Shown piece after piece: positions 12,118 through 24,083 of a stretch of 36,493 nt of DNA; positions within the stretch are counted from its first letter, which is position 1; each line of letters starts with the position of its first letter. Under the pieces are notes generated by a model. That model saw only the letters and a program-made list of their open reading frames with translations. It was not told the origin of the DNA and ran no database searches. The stretch is from Sphacelaria rigidula (Eukaryota). The DNA lies in contig CAXNAA020000017.1 in the NCBI GenBank assembly GCA_964200075.2, positions 1 to 36,493 on the forward strand, in the 5' to 3' direction. Made by a program: the position numbers and the translations under genes.

Positions 12118-12529
12118 TGATGCTCGTGCCTTGAGCTTCCGGTTGTTGTCGTGTCAAACGTTAGTTACATCGAAAACTGCGCGGGGTTTCCGCTGGCGCC
12201 TGGATCCAACCATTTCCCCAACGATGCCGTACACATGCATATCTCGGCTCATCCGATCCAGGATTCGCTTGGCCGCCGAGGACATCACACCGAGTCATCC
12301 GTCATGGATCGTATCCTGCAAGCTCCTGTGGGACTGGAAGAAGCTCGCAGGTGTGTGAGCGATTGGTGATTGCCGAAAAACGATCGCTCTGACTGCCTAA
12401 ACGTAGTCCATCGTCTTTCATCAAGGGCACATAATTCGGTTGTGCAGTACGGTGCTGCTGCTAGATTCACCGTTTTCGGTCGTCCAGCTCGGCGCAGCTG
12501 GTTTAAGTGTTTTGCACCTGCAAGGGAAC
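12118..12529. promoter_or_regulatory. Probable shared (bidirectional) promoter / 5' leader region between the MYB and proteasome genes
   Basis: Two genes diverge head-to-head. The gap is only ~410 bp between the most upstream in-phase MYB ATG (12117) and the proteasome ATG (12530). No specific promoter motif identified. Confidence 0.45.
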
Positions 12530-15361
12530 ATGAGCCCGAGTCAAAACCTTCAGTCAAAGCTGCAGTCAGTGCCAACGTGAGATCTGCAGTTCTCTCTTTG
12601 TTACGCCACCCTTCCCAACATCGTTTACCGCAAGCTGGCCCACTGCCGCATCCTGTCACTGTTCTTTGTGCTGACAATGTTTCTCCTGTGGAGTAACATG
12701 TACCATTGGCTTTCGTCGTCTCATTGCCGAGGTGCATTTTCACCATAATCCCCGTCCAGGAACGGCAGGGGATTCGAGCCCTACGCGAATAATGGCGGAA
12801 CCGTAGTCGCCGTTGCTGGAGATGACTACTGCATAATCGCTGCAGACTCCCGACTGAGCGACGGTTACACCATTTTGAGCCGAAACGTCACGCGCTTGCA
12901 TCGTCTTTCGGGAGATACATACCTTGCGACAGCCGGTTGTTGGGCAGATACGCAAGGACTGCTGCGGATGCTTCGGGTACGTCTTCTATGAGATTGCGAT
13001 GACCTCGGTATGTCTGCCTTTTGCCTACGTTGTATTTGAGACAAGCTCATACATGTACTGGTCCTAGCATGTGCCGTAATTGGACGTTCGTTATTCTTGA
13101 TCCACAGCTCTCTACTTTATCAGGCCTTCTGCCGGAGTAAGACTGGCCCTCAGTATCATGCATCACAGACGTAACAGCAACGTACTTTGTCATGCCCTGT
13201 TCGGCTGTTTTGTTTCGCGTGTCCGACAGTACTTCATACGAGACTATGAGTCCGAGCAGCGACGAACCATGGGTGTCGTGGCCGTGAGCCGGATGCTGAG
13301 CACACATCTTTACTACCGGCGGAGCTTCCCGTTTTACACCTTCAACATCGTCGGTGGTCTTGATGGAGAAGGTCTGTGTGAAATGATGTCTGTGCAATGG
13401 TACTGCTTCGTGTTTGACAACGTGACTCGCCACTCAGGTAATATAATGTCGTGGTCAGTGGATTTGTGGTGGCACCTATGCATAGCCCCTGCGGAAGACG
13501 CCGCGCACAAGTGGACGTTTTGCGCTGCTGTCGTCCGCATGTTGCTCGCCACATTGAACTCTTGGACTATCGATATCTCAGGCGGGCTCAAATTGACTGG
13601 GGTTGAAGTTCTGCGATATGACACGACTACTTGCATGAACAGGGGGCCGTCTAGGCCATGTGTACAGACATCAGTGTAGTATAGCCCCGCTCGCTGTTTG
13701 TGACCTTTTTTTGAGCTGGTGTTGGCGCGCTCGCTAGCTACACCTACGATTAACGCAAGCACACCCAAAGCATCCTTTGATGTTGTACTGCATGCCGGAC
13801 AGTTTCATCAGCACTGTACACTTACTTCACTGTAAAGACAGAGCTACTTCATTCGTTTTTATATTGAGGTTTATATGCGACTGTACAGTCGTCACTCATC
13901 GCCCTGCCGTGCCCAACCGTGTTCAGCTTGGTGGAAAACACGAGGGGCACGTGGATAAGGCAGCACAATAGCAACCCTGTTAGATGTGTTCGAACAGTCT
14001 GCTGATCGCTATGAAACAATAAAAAGTGTCCTCACGTTGAGGTGGTCAAAATCAGTGAATTTTTACAAAAAAGTAATCATGACATTCTAATGATCCGTGA
14101 CTACTTCCCTAATCAGCGGATCTCCCTGATCCACCTGAAAGTCCCCGCCCCCCACCACCACGAAGATCCCCGATTCTATATTCAGCCACCACACTGTCAG
14201 CAGAAGGTATTGGTCACGAAAAACGCACTGCAGTGGAAGGGTCAGCCCATTCACCGCCCAGATTTCCAGTTGGACGTCAGTTGGATATTTTTTTACGAGT
14301 CCGAAACAGTTCGGTGGTTAATCCTATCGGATATCATTAGCCAGTTTCGACGAGCATTTGTCAACGTCAGCCCAAATAACTTGCATGTCTCACACACAAT
14401 GGATTTTTCTCGAATATTTACGTTTTTGCCGACGCGGCTGTCAGTATCCGTATACTCGCCACAGTTAGCATGGGTTCTCGAAGGATTCAGCATGCAACGA
14501 AATTGGCGTCATCAGTCCCTTGCCGCGACCAATGGTGCTTTTCCTTCCGATAATTTAGTAACAGGGTTGATGCGAGGATGTTACGGGCTTGTGGTGGCAA
14601 GAGATTGGGTTTATGCGATCATCTTTGCTGATGAAGTATAACGAGTGTAATTGGAAGATGACCTATGCTGGCCTCTCTCGTCTGCGAATGAATTTAGACA
14701 CTCTCTCGTCACAAAAAATGCCCGCTACTTTTTTCAACTGTCTGTTGGCGCGGTACGATGGTTGTTTGCGCACGAGGACACGGGTAGTTCATTTGTCCGT
14801 GTGAGCCACGCGATAGGACAACTGACTCCTGTCTGCACTCCCCAGTGCAGACACTGTAGTACACCTTGTCACGACGACTCACTCACCCTCCCCCGCCACA
14901 AAACGTTTCTGGTGAGCACACTGTGAGATTTCACCACGTGCCGCGTGGGCGCATCACTACACTGTTGACTCACAAGTCATTGCCTGGTACCATGACGCAA
15001 CGCCCTGCGTCCCGTGTTTTTCACTGTGGTGAAACAACTGAATCGAACTTCAGGCGCTGGCGCTGTATTCGGATATGATGCCGTTGGTTCCTTCGAGAGG
15101 GTCAAGGTAGCGTGTGCGGGAGGGGGACTCAGCATCATTCAACCTGTGCTGGACAGACTAGAAGCTGCACCAGGACGGGGCGCGGGGGGAAGGGGCGAGC
15201 GACCGGTGGTTGGAGTCAGCCTTGAGGAAGCCTTAGCCTTAGTACGAAGAGCTTTTGTAGCGGGGGGCGAGCGGGACATTAGTCTCGGGGATGAGGTGGA
15301 GATACTTGTTTTGACTAGAGAAGGCCAGCGTCGAGAACGGCTGCGGCTCAAGAGTCATTAG
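12530..15361 (+). CDS. PSMB1: 20S proteasome subunit beta-6 (beta type-1, PRE7/PSMB1 family), 4 exons, 237 aa
   Basis: Exons 12530-12576, 12760-12976, 13230-13371, 15054-15361 join in frame (phases 2,0,1). Family motifs: [106 protein letters not shown]. The first short exon is the least certain part. Confidence 0.93.
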
Positions 15362-15469
15362 AGTTGGTGCTTCCCTGTTATGTACAGATTTTGTCAAGGT
15401 GCATGGACAACCTGCACAACATGTAAATTCTCTTATTACTAGAATACGGGGAGATGGCCTCTGGTCGTC

Positions 15470-18400
15470 ATGTCAAGTTTCGTGTCGACTCGCCGCAAGA
15501 CGCTCGGTATACCTGACGCGACGGTGATGGCTTCATGCTCAATTGGCAAGATGCTCGCACCGCAGGAACACTCATGCCATTCCGAACTAGGCCTGGCGCA
15601 TGTTCTGTCGTGCAATTCAAGTGGTCTCCGAGGCTCCTTTGCTTGGCAGGTAGGATTTCCCGCCGCGCGTTCTTGTTTTTTTCGGGGGCTGTGAAAGCTG
15701 CAATAAGGAATCATAGACTGCAAGTAGCCCCCCTACTGCTCACAGAGACAACAACGTTGTGCACCCCGGGAGCGATGCCTTACACCGTAAATGGTCGTGC
15801 CTGGCCAATCGAAATCACGCTGCGATAGCATATATCTTGTTCAATGCCACGTCAAATACCGAACAATAAATCGTCCATCATACACTCGCAGTATGCCCAA
15901 GCGAACCGCGTAAGGGGCACTTGGTTCTCCGAGAAGGACACTGAACGGCTCCTCGCTACGTTGGCACTCACGCAAAAGGGGGTGGATGCATTGGCGTTCA
16001 CATACCATTCTCAAAGGACGAGCGCGAACAAACATGACCCGCCCATCATTTCCGTCGCAAGGTAACATTGCATTTTCTCACGTTGCCGCTGGAAGTCTTT
16101 CTTTGTTACAAAGGCTGCTTTTGGCACACCCGATGCGAACAAAGAGTAAAGTTGCCAAAGTCCTGCCGCAGGACCGTGGATGATGTCAGCCGTCGACCAA
16201 GAAATACTGCCCAAATTAATTTCCCGATTTTCCTTGATTTGGCCAATGAGACAACTGCGCGCTAGTTTACGTGCTGTGTGACAGAAAAAGTAGGCATGCA
16301 GCACGTGCATTTTGAAGAAGCGGACATTCAACCTGTGAACTCAATGTTCCAAACGTCAGATTTCCGCTTCTTGAACAAAAGATATGGTACGTGGTCCTTC
16401 CCGGCATGATCATATCAGGGATTTTCGAAACTCCCCGCCCCTCGCAAGCCGCACTGTTCACGATTCAAATTTCGCCAATAATCGCCTACCCGTGAAGTCA
16501 AACTAACGACCTCTTGTTCAACATGCGGACCAATTACTATCGAGCCATCCGTAAGGCTTGCGAGGGGCGGCCCCCTCCGGAGATTCCTAGTGTGATCATG
16601 CCGGGAAGGACCACACACCATCTATTTTGTTCAAAAGGCGGGTATTTGATCTTTAAAAGTAAGCGTTAACTATTATAGTTCAAGGGTCTACCTCCGCTTT
16701 TTGAACAACCCCCAAATGCTACTTTACACGTTTTGTTTGTGAGTATCACATGTGATTTGATGCGTGCAACCTCTTCGTGCCGGATTTCGCGAACACCGAA
16801 ATAGTACGAAACTGTGTGCAGACAGCCATCCAAAAATTAGGAGCCGGATTCTTACCCGCAACTAAACTTACATTCCCAAACGGGGGAGTGCGGTGAGTGG
16901 TTCTACAAAAGGGGTGCACAATTTTTCGATGCCAATATCTCGGCTTAGTGTGCAGCCTCACAAAACTTTTGGGCTCAAAAGTGACCCCTACCGTAGAATC
17001 CTTATGGTGAGTGCAAAACACTAGCTATGGAACCTAACCTAAAACTAAGCAACAACAAACCGACTTCAGTCACTGAAATGAGGTACATTTACACTGCTGA
17101 AACACGCATTAACCTCGTGAGCGTGTATTGGGTAAGCTGATTTACGTTGACGTTTTAGGTGAAAACCGTGCCGATTCAAGAGACGATCCATCCAGGCGGC
17201 GCAAGGGTGAAGTCATAAAGAAATGTACTATTAATAGAACTTGAGGGGTATGCTGGTGGTGGAGGTAATATATGATATATCATGCAGATGTTATGGAAAA
17301 AAGGGCGAATGCCGGCGATTCTCCGACGATTTCAAATCTGCACCCCAGAGTACTATCGATGCCCATACTTTCACCTCAAACGTAGGGCAGACGTAACCCC
17401 CCGCTTGTAGCTGGTCACTCGTGCGATCCCCGGATCGTGAAGGACAGCATAGTTGTTGAGACCGCATGTAGCGACCACGGGGGAACACAGAGTTTCTCCT
17501 CTATAGAAATGCCCTTTTTGTTCTCATTGTCATACTTACCCCCCCCCCTCCCCCCCCTATTAGAACGAGTCCGCTGTCTGAGTACAGTATCGGCCCGCTA
17601 TCAAGAAGCTTGTCTGTGTTCTTTTATGCAAGCGGGGAACCTCACTGTTTAGAGTGTTTTAAAACCATTTTCAATCAGTGCCCAGCCTGGAGACATGGAT
17701 GCTTCAAATCTCAGCCTCAAGCGTTTTACAGTATTATCGTATTGATATGGGATCAACCCGTCTCGCATCATGAAGAAACAGGAAGAGTAAGATTTTTGTC
17801 TTGATTTTCCCTCATCACCGATAATCTTCGAGGTGGGGGACGGGAGGGAATTTGACTGAAAGCCTGCAGTTAGCATGCCCCCTTGCCAGGATGTATTCGT
17901 ACGACTGACTCCTAATAGTGTACCTCTGACAGCGGATCTGACAATATCAGTCGGAGAGAATGTGAAGCACAAAAACGTATACCCACAAGCCGCAAAAGCC
18001 CACAGCTAGGTTACAGGTTGGGCGTGGAGATGTCGAACCTACCAGTGCTGCGCTTATCGCAAGCCCTGTATACTGACGTACCGACGACACGTTGTAATGG
18101 TGATCATCTTGCCCGTCAGAGAAGACGGTTGCCCTCGTCTTCCCGCAAGCGCGCCCTTCAACCGTTGTCACCCACGAGCGCACGGGAACGACCCCGGGCA
18201 GAGGCTGATCCTCAGTATTCAGCAGTTAGAGTGCTTCTCCCACGGTCCTTCGCTGTCGCCGACTGCGCATACCACCACGCCAATGCTGCACGTACACTTA
18301 AAACACCTAGCGATAGCTCGAGGGAGAAACAACAAGCCGCGCCTTGCCGTCCTTGCCGTTCGGATTCGCAGTCATCGTTAGAAGAGCGCGACAACGAACA

Positions 18401-20378
18401 GCAGTTGCAAACCAGTAGCCCCTCCTCGGAAATACGGTATCACGACACCCATGGAGCAGCAGCAGAGCTGCTGGGTGCAGACGGCAGCTCTGTTGGTGGA
18501 GATGACTGTGGTCTGGCGCAGCCAGCGTCCGTAGTGACAACAGAGGCGGTGACGCATGGATGGCCTCACGAAGAGGATGTCGTGGTCGCAGCGAGTTCAG
18601 CAGTCGTTGTCGAGAGTGTACTAGGATTCTTGGCCGTGCGCGCCCTATTAGAGCGGGCGCATGATGGTGGGGATGAGGGTGTAAACACGGGCACCCATGG
18701 TGGACGGAGCACAGACGCCGCTTATACCAGTGCAGTAGCTACTGCGCAACGACAAAACGTCAGTCAAACTATTGAGCGAGATTCGTCAGGACGTGCGGGA
18801 GTGTCGAAGGCGGTTGGGCGGCTTGTCGGGTGGCTCCGATTGGCGGCACGGACCGCGGCACTGGTCACGGACAACGAGGACGCGCTCACGTGGCTTTGGC
18901 CCAACGATGTCGATGCCACGGCTGGCGGTGATGATGGATCGCTGCCAGCGCTGTATTATCCTGAGCTGGCCTATAGCGGAGTTACCGAGAGAAGCGATAT
19001 AACTGGCGGACAGCAAAATTGGTGGAGAGGAGATGAGGAAGGAGCGAGCGTGGGACAGGTTGGTGGGGGGGAGGGCCGAGGAACGGAAATGGGCCCGTTG
19101 ATGGAACATGTCCGTAAGGATGGATATCACAAGGTGGTGGGCATGTGCGAGGCCGAAGCGGAGTGGAGCATTTATTATCTTGAGCTGGTTGATGGAACGG
19201 ACGAAGTAGGTACGTGAGCAGCCCTACGGTGGGCAGGGTTACCTCTTTCGCTGTGCGGCTCATTTAGGAACGGTAGTTTTGCTGGCAATCACATGGATGA
19301 CCATTCAGGGTGTGAGGTTATTTTTAAGTCGGCCGGGCGGGGGTGTACGTCATAATCTTGAATACCGTATCTTACATGACCATTGACCTCGCATCCCTAC
19401 AAAGCCGAGACGAAGCACGCCGGGTTTTTGTGGGAACGGGCTCGGGCGGGGGCGGGGAGGGGGACATATATTCGAGGATTAGCACAGTTTAGGAAGCCGA
19501 ACGGAGCCATCGCAGGCCACTAAATGACTGTAACATTCAGTTATCGCCAAAATCACAAGCGTCAGATAACATGCAAGTGTCGCAGTAATCTCTCCAATAT
19601 TTCTGTAAATATGGCTCACGTATCATGTGAGTGATGATGCTCACCTTTGTCCGTGTCATGATCTTGTGTGGTACATGTAGGCACTTTTATCCAGGCTATG
19701 ATTTTATACTGGTGACTGTGACGAAAGTAGTTCTATAATAGTAGCACAGCACAGCATGTTACTTGTCTGTAACAGTACTGCGGAGGTTGACTGTCGTCGC
19801 ATTATGTTCAACCCAAGGTAATGCAATATTATTATTGCATCAACACGGGTTGAAAATATTTGGACGATTTATCTTCAGGCTGACATGTGGATGCTCCCTC
19901 CACCTACAAGAGGATTTCTCCCACACGTGTCTGCCGAGTACTCATCACCTTTTGCAGACGTGTGGAAAAGGTACTACCACATGATTATCCTCCTAGCTGC
20001 GCCAGTTTCGACAATAGAGAAGAAAACAGTTCAAAAGACATGTCACCTGCACAACACATGTCTCACCAATGCACAAAATAATGTGCACTTAATCATCGCG
20101 GGTCACGACGGTACAGCTGAACCGAATGTACAGTACTGTTCCATATGAAATCATCAACTGTATCGCTGTGACAACACGATACTCCCGGCTCTTGGATTTA
20201 CTGTCTACGGTCCACTCTCCCTCCTGTTTTGCACGCGCGGTTTGGCAAAGGCATAAGAGTTTATCGGCATGCAGTACACCAAGTCCATCTTCACACGAAT
20301 ACCCCTCCAACTATATCATCGTACCTGCTTTTCGTATCCACGGACGGTACAGGCAGAGCTTTTTTGAGTGTGGCTTGA
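15470..20378 (+). CDS. Hypothetical protein, 4-exon model, ~556 aa, no recognised domain
   Basis: Core is the 399-codon open frame 18018-19217. Phase-consistent model: 15470-15649 (CAG|GTAGGA), 15892-16061 (AAG|GTAACA, phase 2), 18017-19209 (TACAG acceptor; G|GTACGT, phase 1), 20251-20378 (AAG acceptor, GIRVYRHAVHQV...FLSVA*). The large exon is well supported; the outer exons are inferred. Confidence 0.6.
16310..16710. repeat. Long imperfect inverted repeat (foldback / MITE-like) in an intron
   Basis: Arms 16364-16450 and 16555-16641 (87 bp each) are reverse-complementary, including a perfect 22-bp match 16391-16412 / 16593-16614. Weaker homology extends outward to ~16310 / ~16710. Spacer ~104 bp. 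Confidence 0.9.
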
Positions 20379-21874
20379 AACGACGCGAATTCAGCGGTGA
20401 GAGCCCCTGTCCAGCTCTTCCTATTCCATTGAGGAACATGAATACGAGTGGTGATTGAAGACTAATCTGCTGAATATGCTTGATTGTCACACGTTTGACG
20501 TGCTTATGGTCTTGTTTCCACGTCGCCGGTTGTCCTGACATGCAGTCGCAACTTAGGTCTTGACCTGAGTTTGTAAGTGCTGGGAGATAAGTCGTGTGAT
20601 ATACAGATTGGCGGTCTCACAACGCACAGGATATTGTTCATCACGGTGACACGTTGAGTTGCAGGGGCTAAACACGCACGAGGAAGGAGCCTTTGTACCG
20701 CCCTACCCCGTTGTGGCCGTCAGGAACTGCACGCAGTAGACGGCTGATTGGCGTCAGGCAGGGGCAGCAGCCACGTAGGCTGTGATGGTTGATTGGTCTT
20801 TTGACAGATTGATTATCGCACATTCGTTGATCTACTACGAGTCAGTATCCGCTGTAGTCGCAACATAGACGCATCCGAGGTAAAAACTCGTGAACACTCA
20901 CCGAAGGGAACTCGAGAAAGGGAAAAGTTGAAAAAACAAAGAGAAGAGAAGTACACTTTGGACTTGAAAAAGTTTATCAACGAAGAGAAGGCGAAATGAA
21001 GTGCGAAGAGAAGGAAAGAAGAAAAGTATATGGAAGAAAAAAACCCCGACAGACTGAGATCTAGTATCGGGTCCCAAATAAAGTTTGTGTAGTGAAAGGC
21101 GATGGCAGGCATTTTGTCCTCTTTTATTTAGCCGTTGATGAAAAGGGAACATTGCTATACACAGCTTGTTTGGCTTCGCACATGACCACAAGAATCGCCA
21201 GGAATTTCGGCCCATATTTCAAAATATCACTGTGCATCCACTTGAGCCCTCTCGCTACGAAAGGGTCAAGACCACAGTTGTGACGATCTTCCGATGTTTT
21301 GTGCGATTTTTTCGGGCAGCTTGGGTTTGTGTACTTGTCGTTACTCGTCACGTTGCTGCCAGAAGTCATCCACAAACCCACAGTACACTTTGGCTGGCCT
21401 CGTGCTCAGAATTTCTGTCTGATCCTGGGCATGCGGTCTCTCATCCTACCGACATTGCGTGCAAAAACAGGAAGGCCGTGGATTAGGCAAAAAATAAGCG
21501 CTGGAGGGGCGCCTGAGAAACGATGTGTGCTGGAGGTGAAGCTAATGTGCCACCCGCTGGTCACCATGGCACCGGACATTAGGTAGGACGCTGCAGATGC
21601 TAGCTCGACATGTAACAATACCGGCTTCACAGCATGAAGCAATTCCGAGTGCCGTGCAGCACGACACCTCATGTTGATGACTGTCTCGTGAAAGTTCCGC
21701 CTGCGGGTGTTACACTTCTTGTGATGTAGGGGCGAATGCCTCTTCATGTGCAGCAGGTGCTCACCGTGTAATTCGCGTCCATCCGGTGTTTGTAACACCC
21801 CTGTAATATCTGTGTAGGTTCACCAGCGGTTGGGTAGGAGGGCGATCTGACCGCAGACTCCAATATATTAGAGG

Positions 21875-24083
21875 ATGGTGTGCGTAGCTGTGGCGTTTAT
21901 AATGGAACTCACATGCAATCGATTCATTGCGTGCACTGCAGCCGGCCCTGTATTTTCGAATATGTTGCTCATGTGGTTGCTCAGATGGTGCCTTCGGCTC
22001 ATTGCACAAGCCAAGGCCATCGCCACTTTGCTCAATGCCAACGCCAAGTTGAGCACCCTCGGGGGAGGCTATTTTCTCACTCGTCAAGTTGGGCAGGCGA
22101 TACACCTCGCTCGAGCGCAGGCACAGGTAATGACCGGTCGTCCCGTGTTGCAAGTTGCAATATATAAAGTGCCGGGGAGAGATGGGTTGATCCCTTGAGA
22201 CCACGGACTCGTCCCGGGAAAGGGGAGGGGTTCAAAGTGCGACAAATAAAATTAATCAAGAAATAAAAAATGAAAAGTAGATTGCCGAGGTCCCATGGAG
22301 ATTCAGGATGCAGTAGGACATACGCCTGGATGCACACAAGAGCAGAAAACTATCATCTTCGCACGACTAATGCCGAGATAGCCCCCCACACACAAAGTGC
22401 ACCGGAGACCGTCCGCCAAACCGGCTGCGATCCCATTATTGCACTCGTTTGGAGCAATTCCGCCCACGTGAGAGGCGTGTAGCAGTCCGAAATCAGCTGT
22501 AACGCCCAAATGAGTCGCGTCGTGCAGCACGAAACCAGCTCTAACGGCAGCTATGATTATCGCCTCCGCGCACTTTTTTGGCCGGTTCAAGGGGGGGCTA
22601 TCTCGGTAGCAGAGGCACTTAGGGACGTTTTTTTGTTTCCAATCGACCACGAGTCGGGTTATGGTGCCCTGGCACTTGCACGGAAGAACACGTGATCAAG
22701 GGCATCTGTTCGTTTTGCTACTACTTTTCTTCAGCGAATGTGTCCTCTTTGTTCACCTTGGGTACGTCTGTCTTGTGACCACGGTCTATCTTGTGGATAA
22801 TAACCATGGCTTTGTTGCTCGGGGATCAGTTAATGTGCGGCAATCAGTCAATCGAATCAAACTCGATCATACATCGTAGCTTCGACCGAGAAAGATTGCG
22901 GCAGTAACGACAGTAGGTCTACACTGCGCTTGATTACCCCCAACGCGCTTATCATAATGGCTGGTGGCGACAGGTGGCGACAGCTCTCGGAGACTTGCGG
23001 CTCGCTCGCAAGTGCCGAATAAACGAGGCCTATAACTACATCTGGCTGGGAGACTATGCCAAGGCCCGGACGATCATCTATGCTCAGGTATGCACAGAGC
23101 TGTTGTGTGCTTGCTTGAGAGTAAAGTGTGCCTTTGGTGTGCTGCAAATGAATCGCTTGGGGTCGCGTCATGTACCGCGGCAATGCCCGAGGGTTGTGCT
23201 TCAATTCGTGACGAACAGTACACACGGTGTCCAGCAGGCTCAGCTCGAGCCACGAGTAGCGGGTGAATTGCGAACGGAGTAAGTATAGTTTGATTTCCGC
23301 TTTTAGTTGTGACCGATACGAGTAGTGTCGTGAGCGATTTTGAATGCAAGAAACACCCGTGTAGGTCCGTGTAGGTTCAAGAAGTACGCTGGGAAGTATA
23401 CGCTCGAGAAAGACAGACCTAAGGGGTCTTCGGTAGCTGCGTTGCTTCTTACCGCTGGGTTTATCGACTCAAGTTGAAAGTGAAGAGGAATATGTGTGGG
23501 GTCGTCGAAGCTACTTGCGCTCACCGCAGACGTAGGCGCAAGCTACTGCGGCATTGTCGTCGGTTTTGGGGCAGAGTATTGCAAGTGTTGATGGTGACTC
23601 ATCGCATGGTGGGACAGCCTCCTTACCCTTCCTCCCCCTCTCGAGAAATACAAGATATATTCGTCAGTATATCCGATCTTTGCCTTGAAATGTGACGGGG
23701 TTTTGATCCGACGGTACTCGTCGAGCCCGCCCCCAACTCGTCCTGTTCATGTCCCTGTGCGCCTTGTAATTGTATTACTCATACACCGACAGCTGGCAGA
23801 AGCACGTGGTTGCCACGACGAGGAGCTGAAGACCATTGCAGCCATCGCGGCGAGATTTCTCACCAGGGCGAGAAAGGCGAACCACCGATTACTGTGCAGC
23901 GGCAAAGAGCGCGTTAGCGATACTGCTGCACTACGAGACGGCATTGGCGGCGGCGCCTCTTGTGTCCCCGTTCGAAGTACTGTCAACGATGGTCAATGGG
24001 CACCGCCGCGGATAGATGTAAAGACCGATGAGTGGCATCGAGTGCGCGCCTTGCCGCTTTATTGCAGCGCTGGAAGTGTCTGA
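21875..24083 (+). CDS. DUF4807 / F58A4.6-like alpha-helical protein, at least 3 exons
   Basis: Exons (21875 or acceptor 21942)-22126, 22974-23087, 23793-24083, joined in phase 0: LSTLGGGYFLTRQVGQAIHLARAQAQ/VATALGDLRLARKCRINEAYNYIWLGDYAKARTIIYAQ/LAEARGCHDEELK. This matches my recollection of the LSTLGG...A..LGD..L...C family pattern. 5' end unresolved; family call is from memory, not a search. Confidence 0.72.

Noticed and set aside
12000..12350. Minus-strand frame interrupted only by in-frame TGA codons (selenocysteine/readthrough idea)
   Set aside because: No selenoprotein-like motif or SECIS recognised; better explained as leader sequence.
13972..14641. 11-bp inverted repeat CAACCCTGTTA (13972/14559) and 199-aa ORF in the proteasome intron
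   Set aside because: No TSD, a match this short is expected by chance in 36 kb, and the ORF has no recognisable motif. May be TE debris but unsupported.
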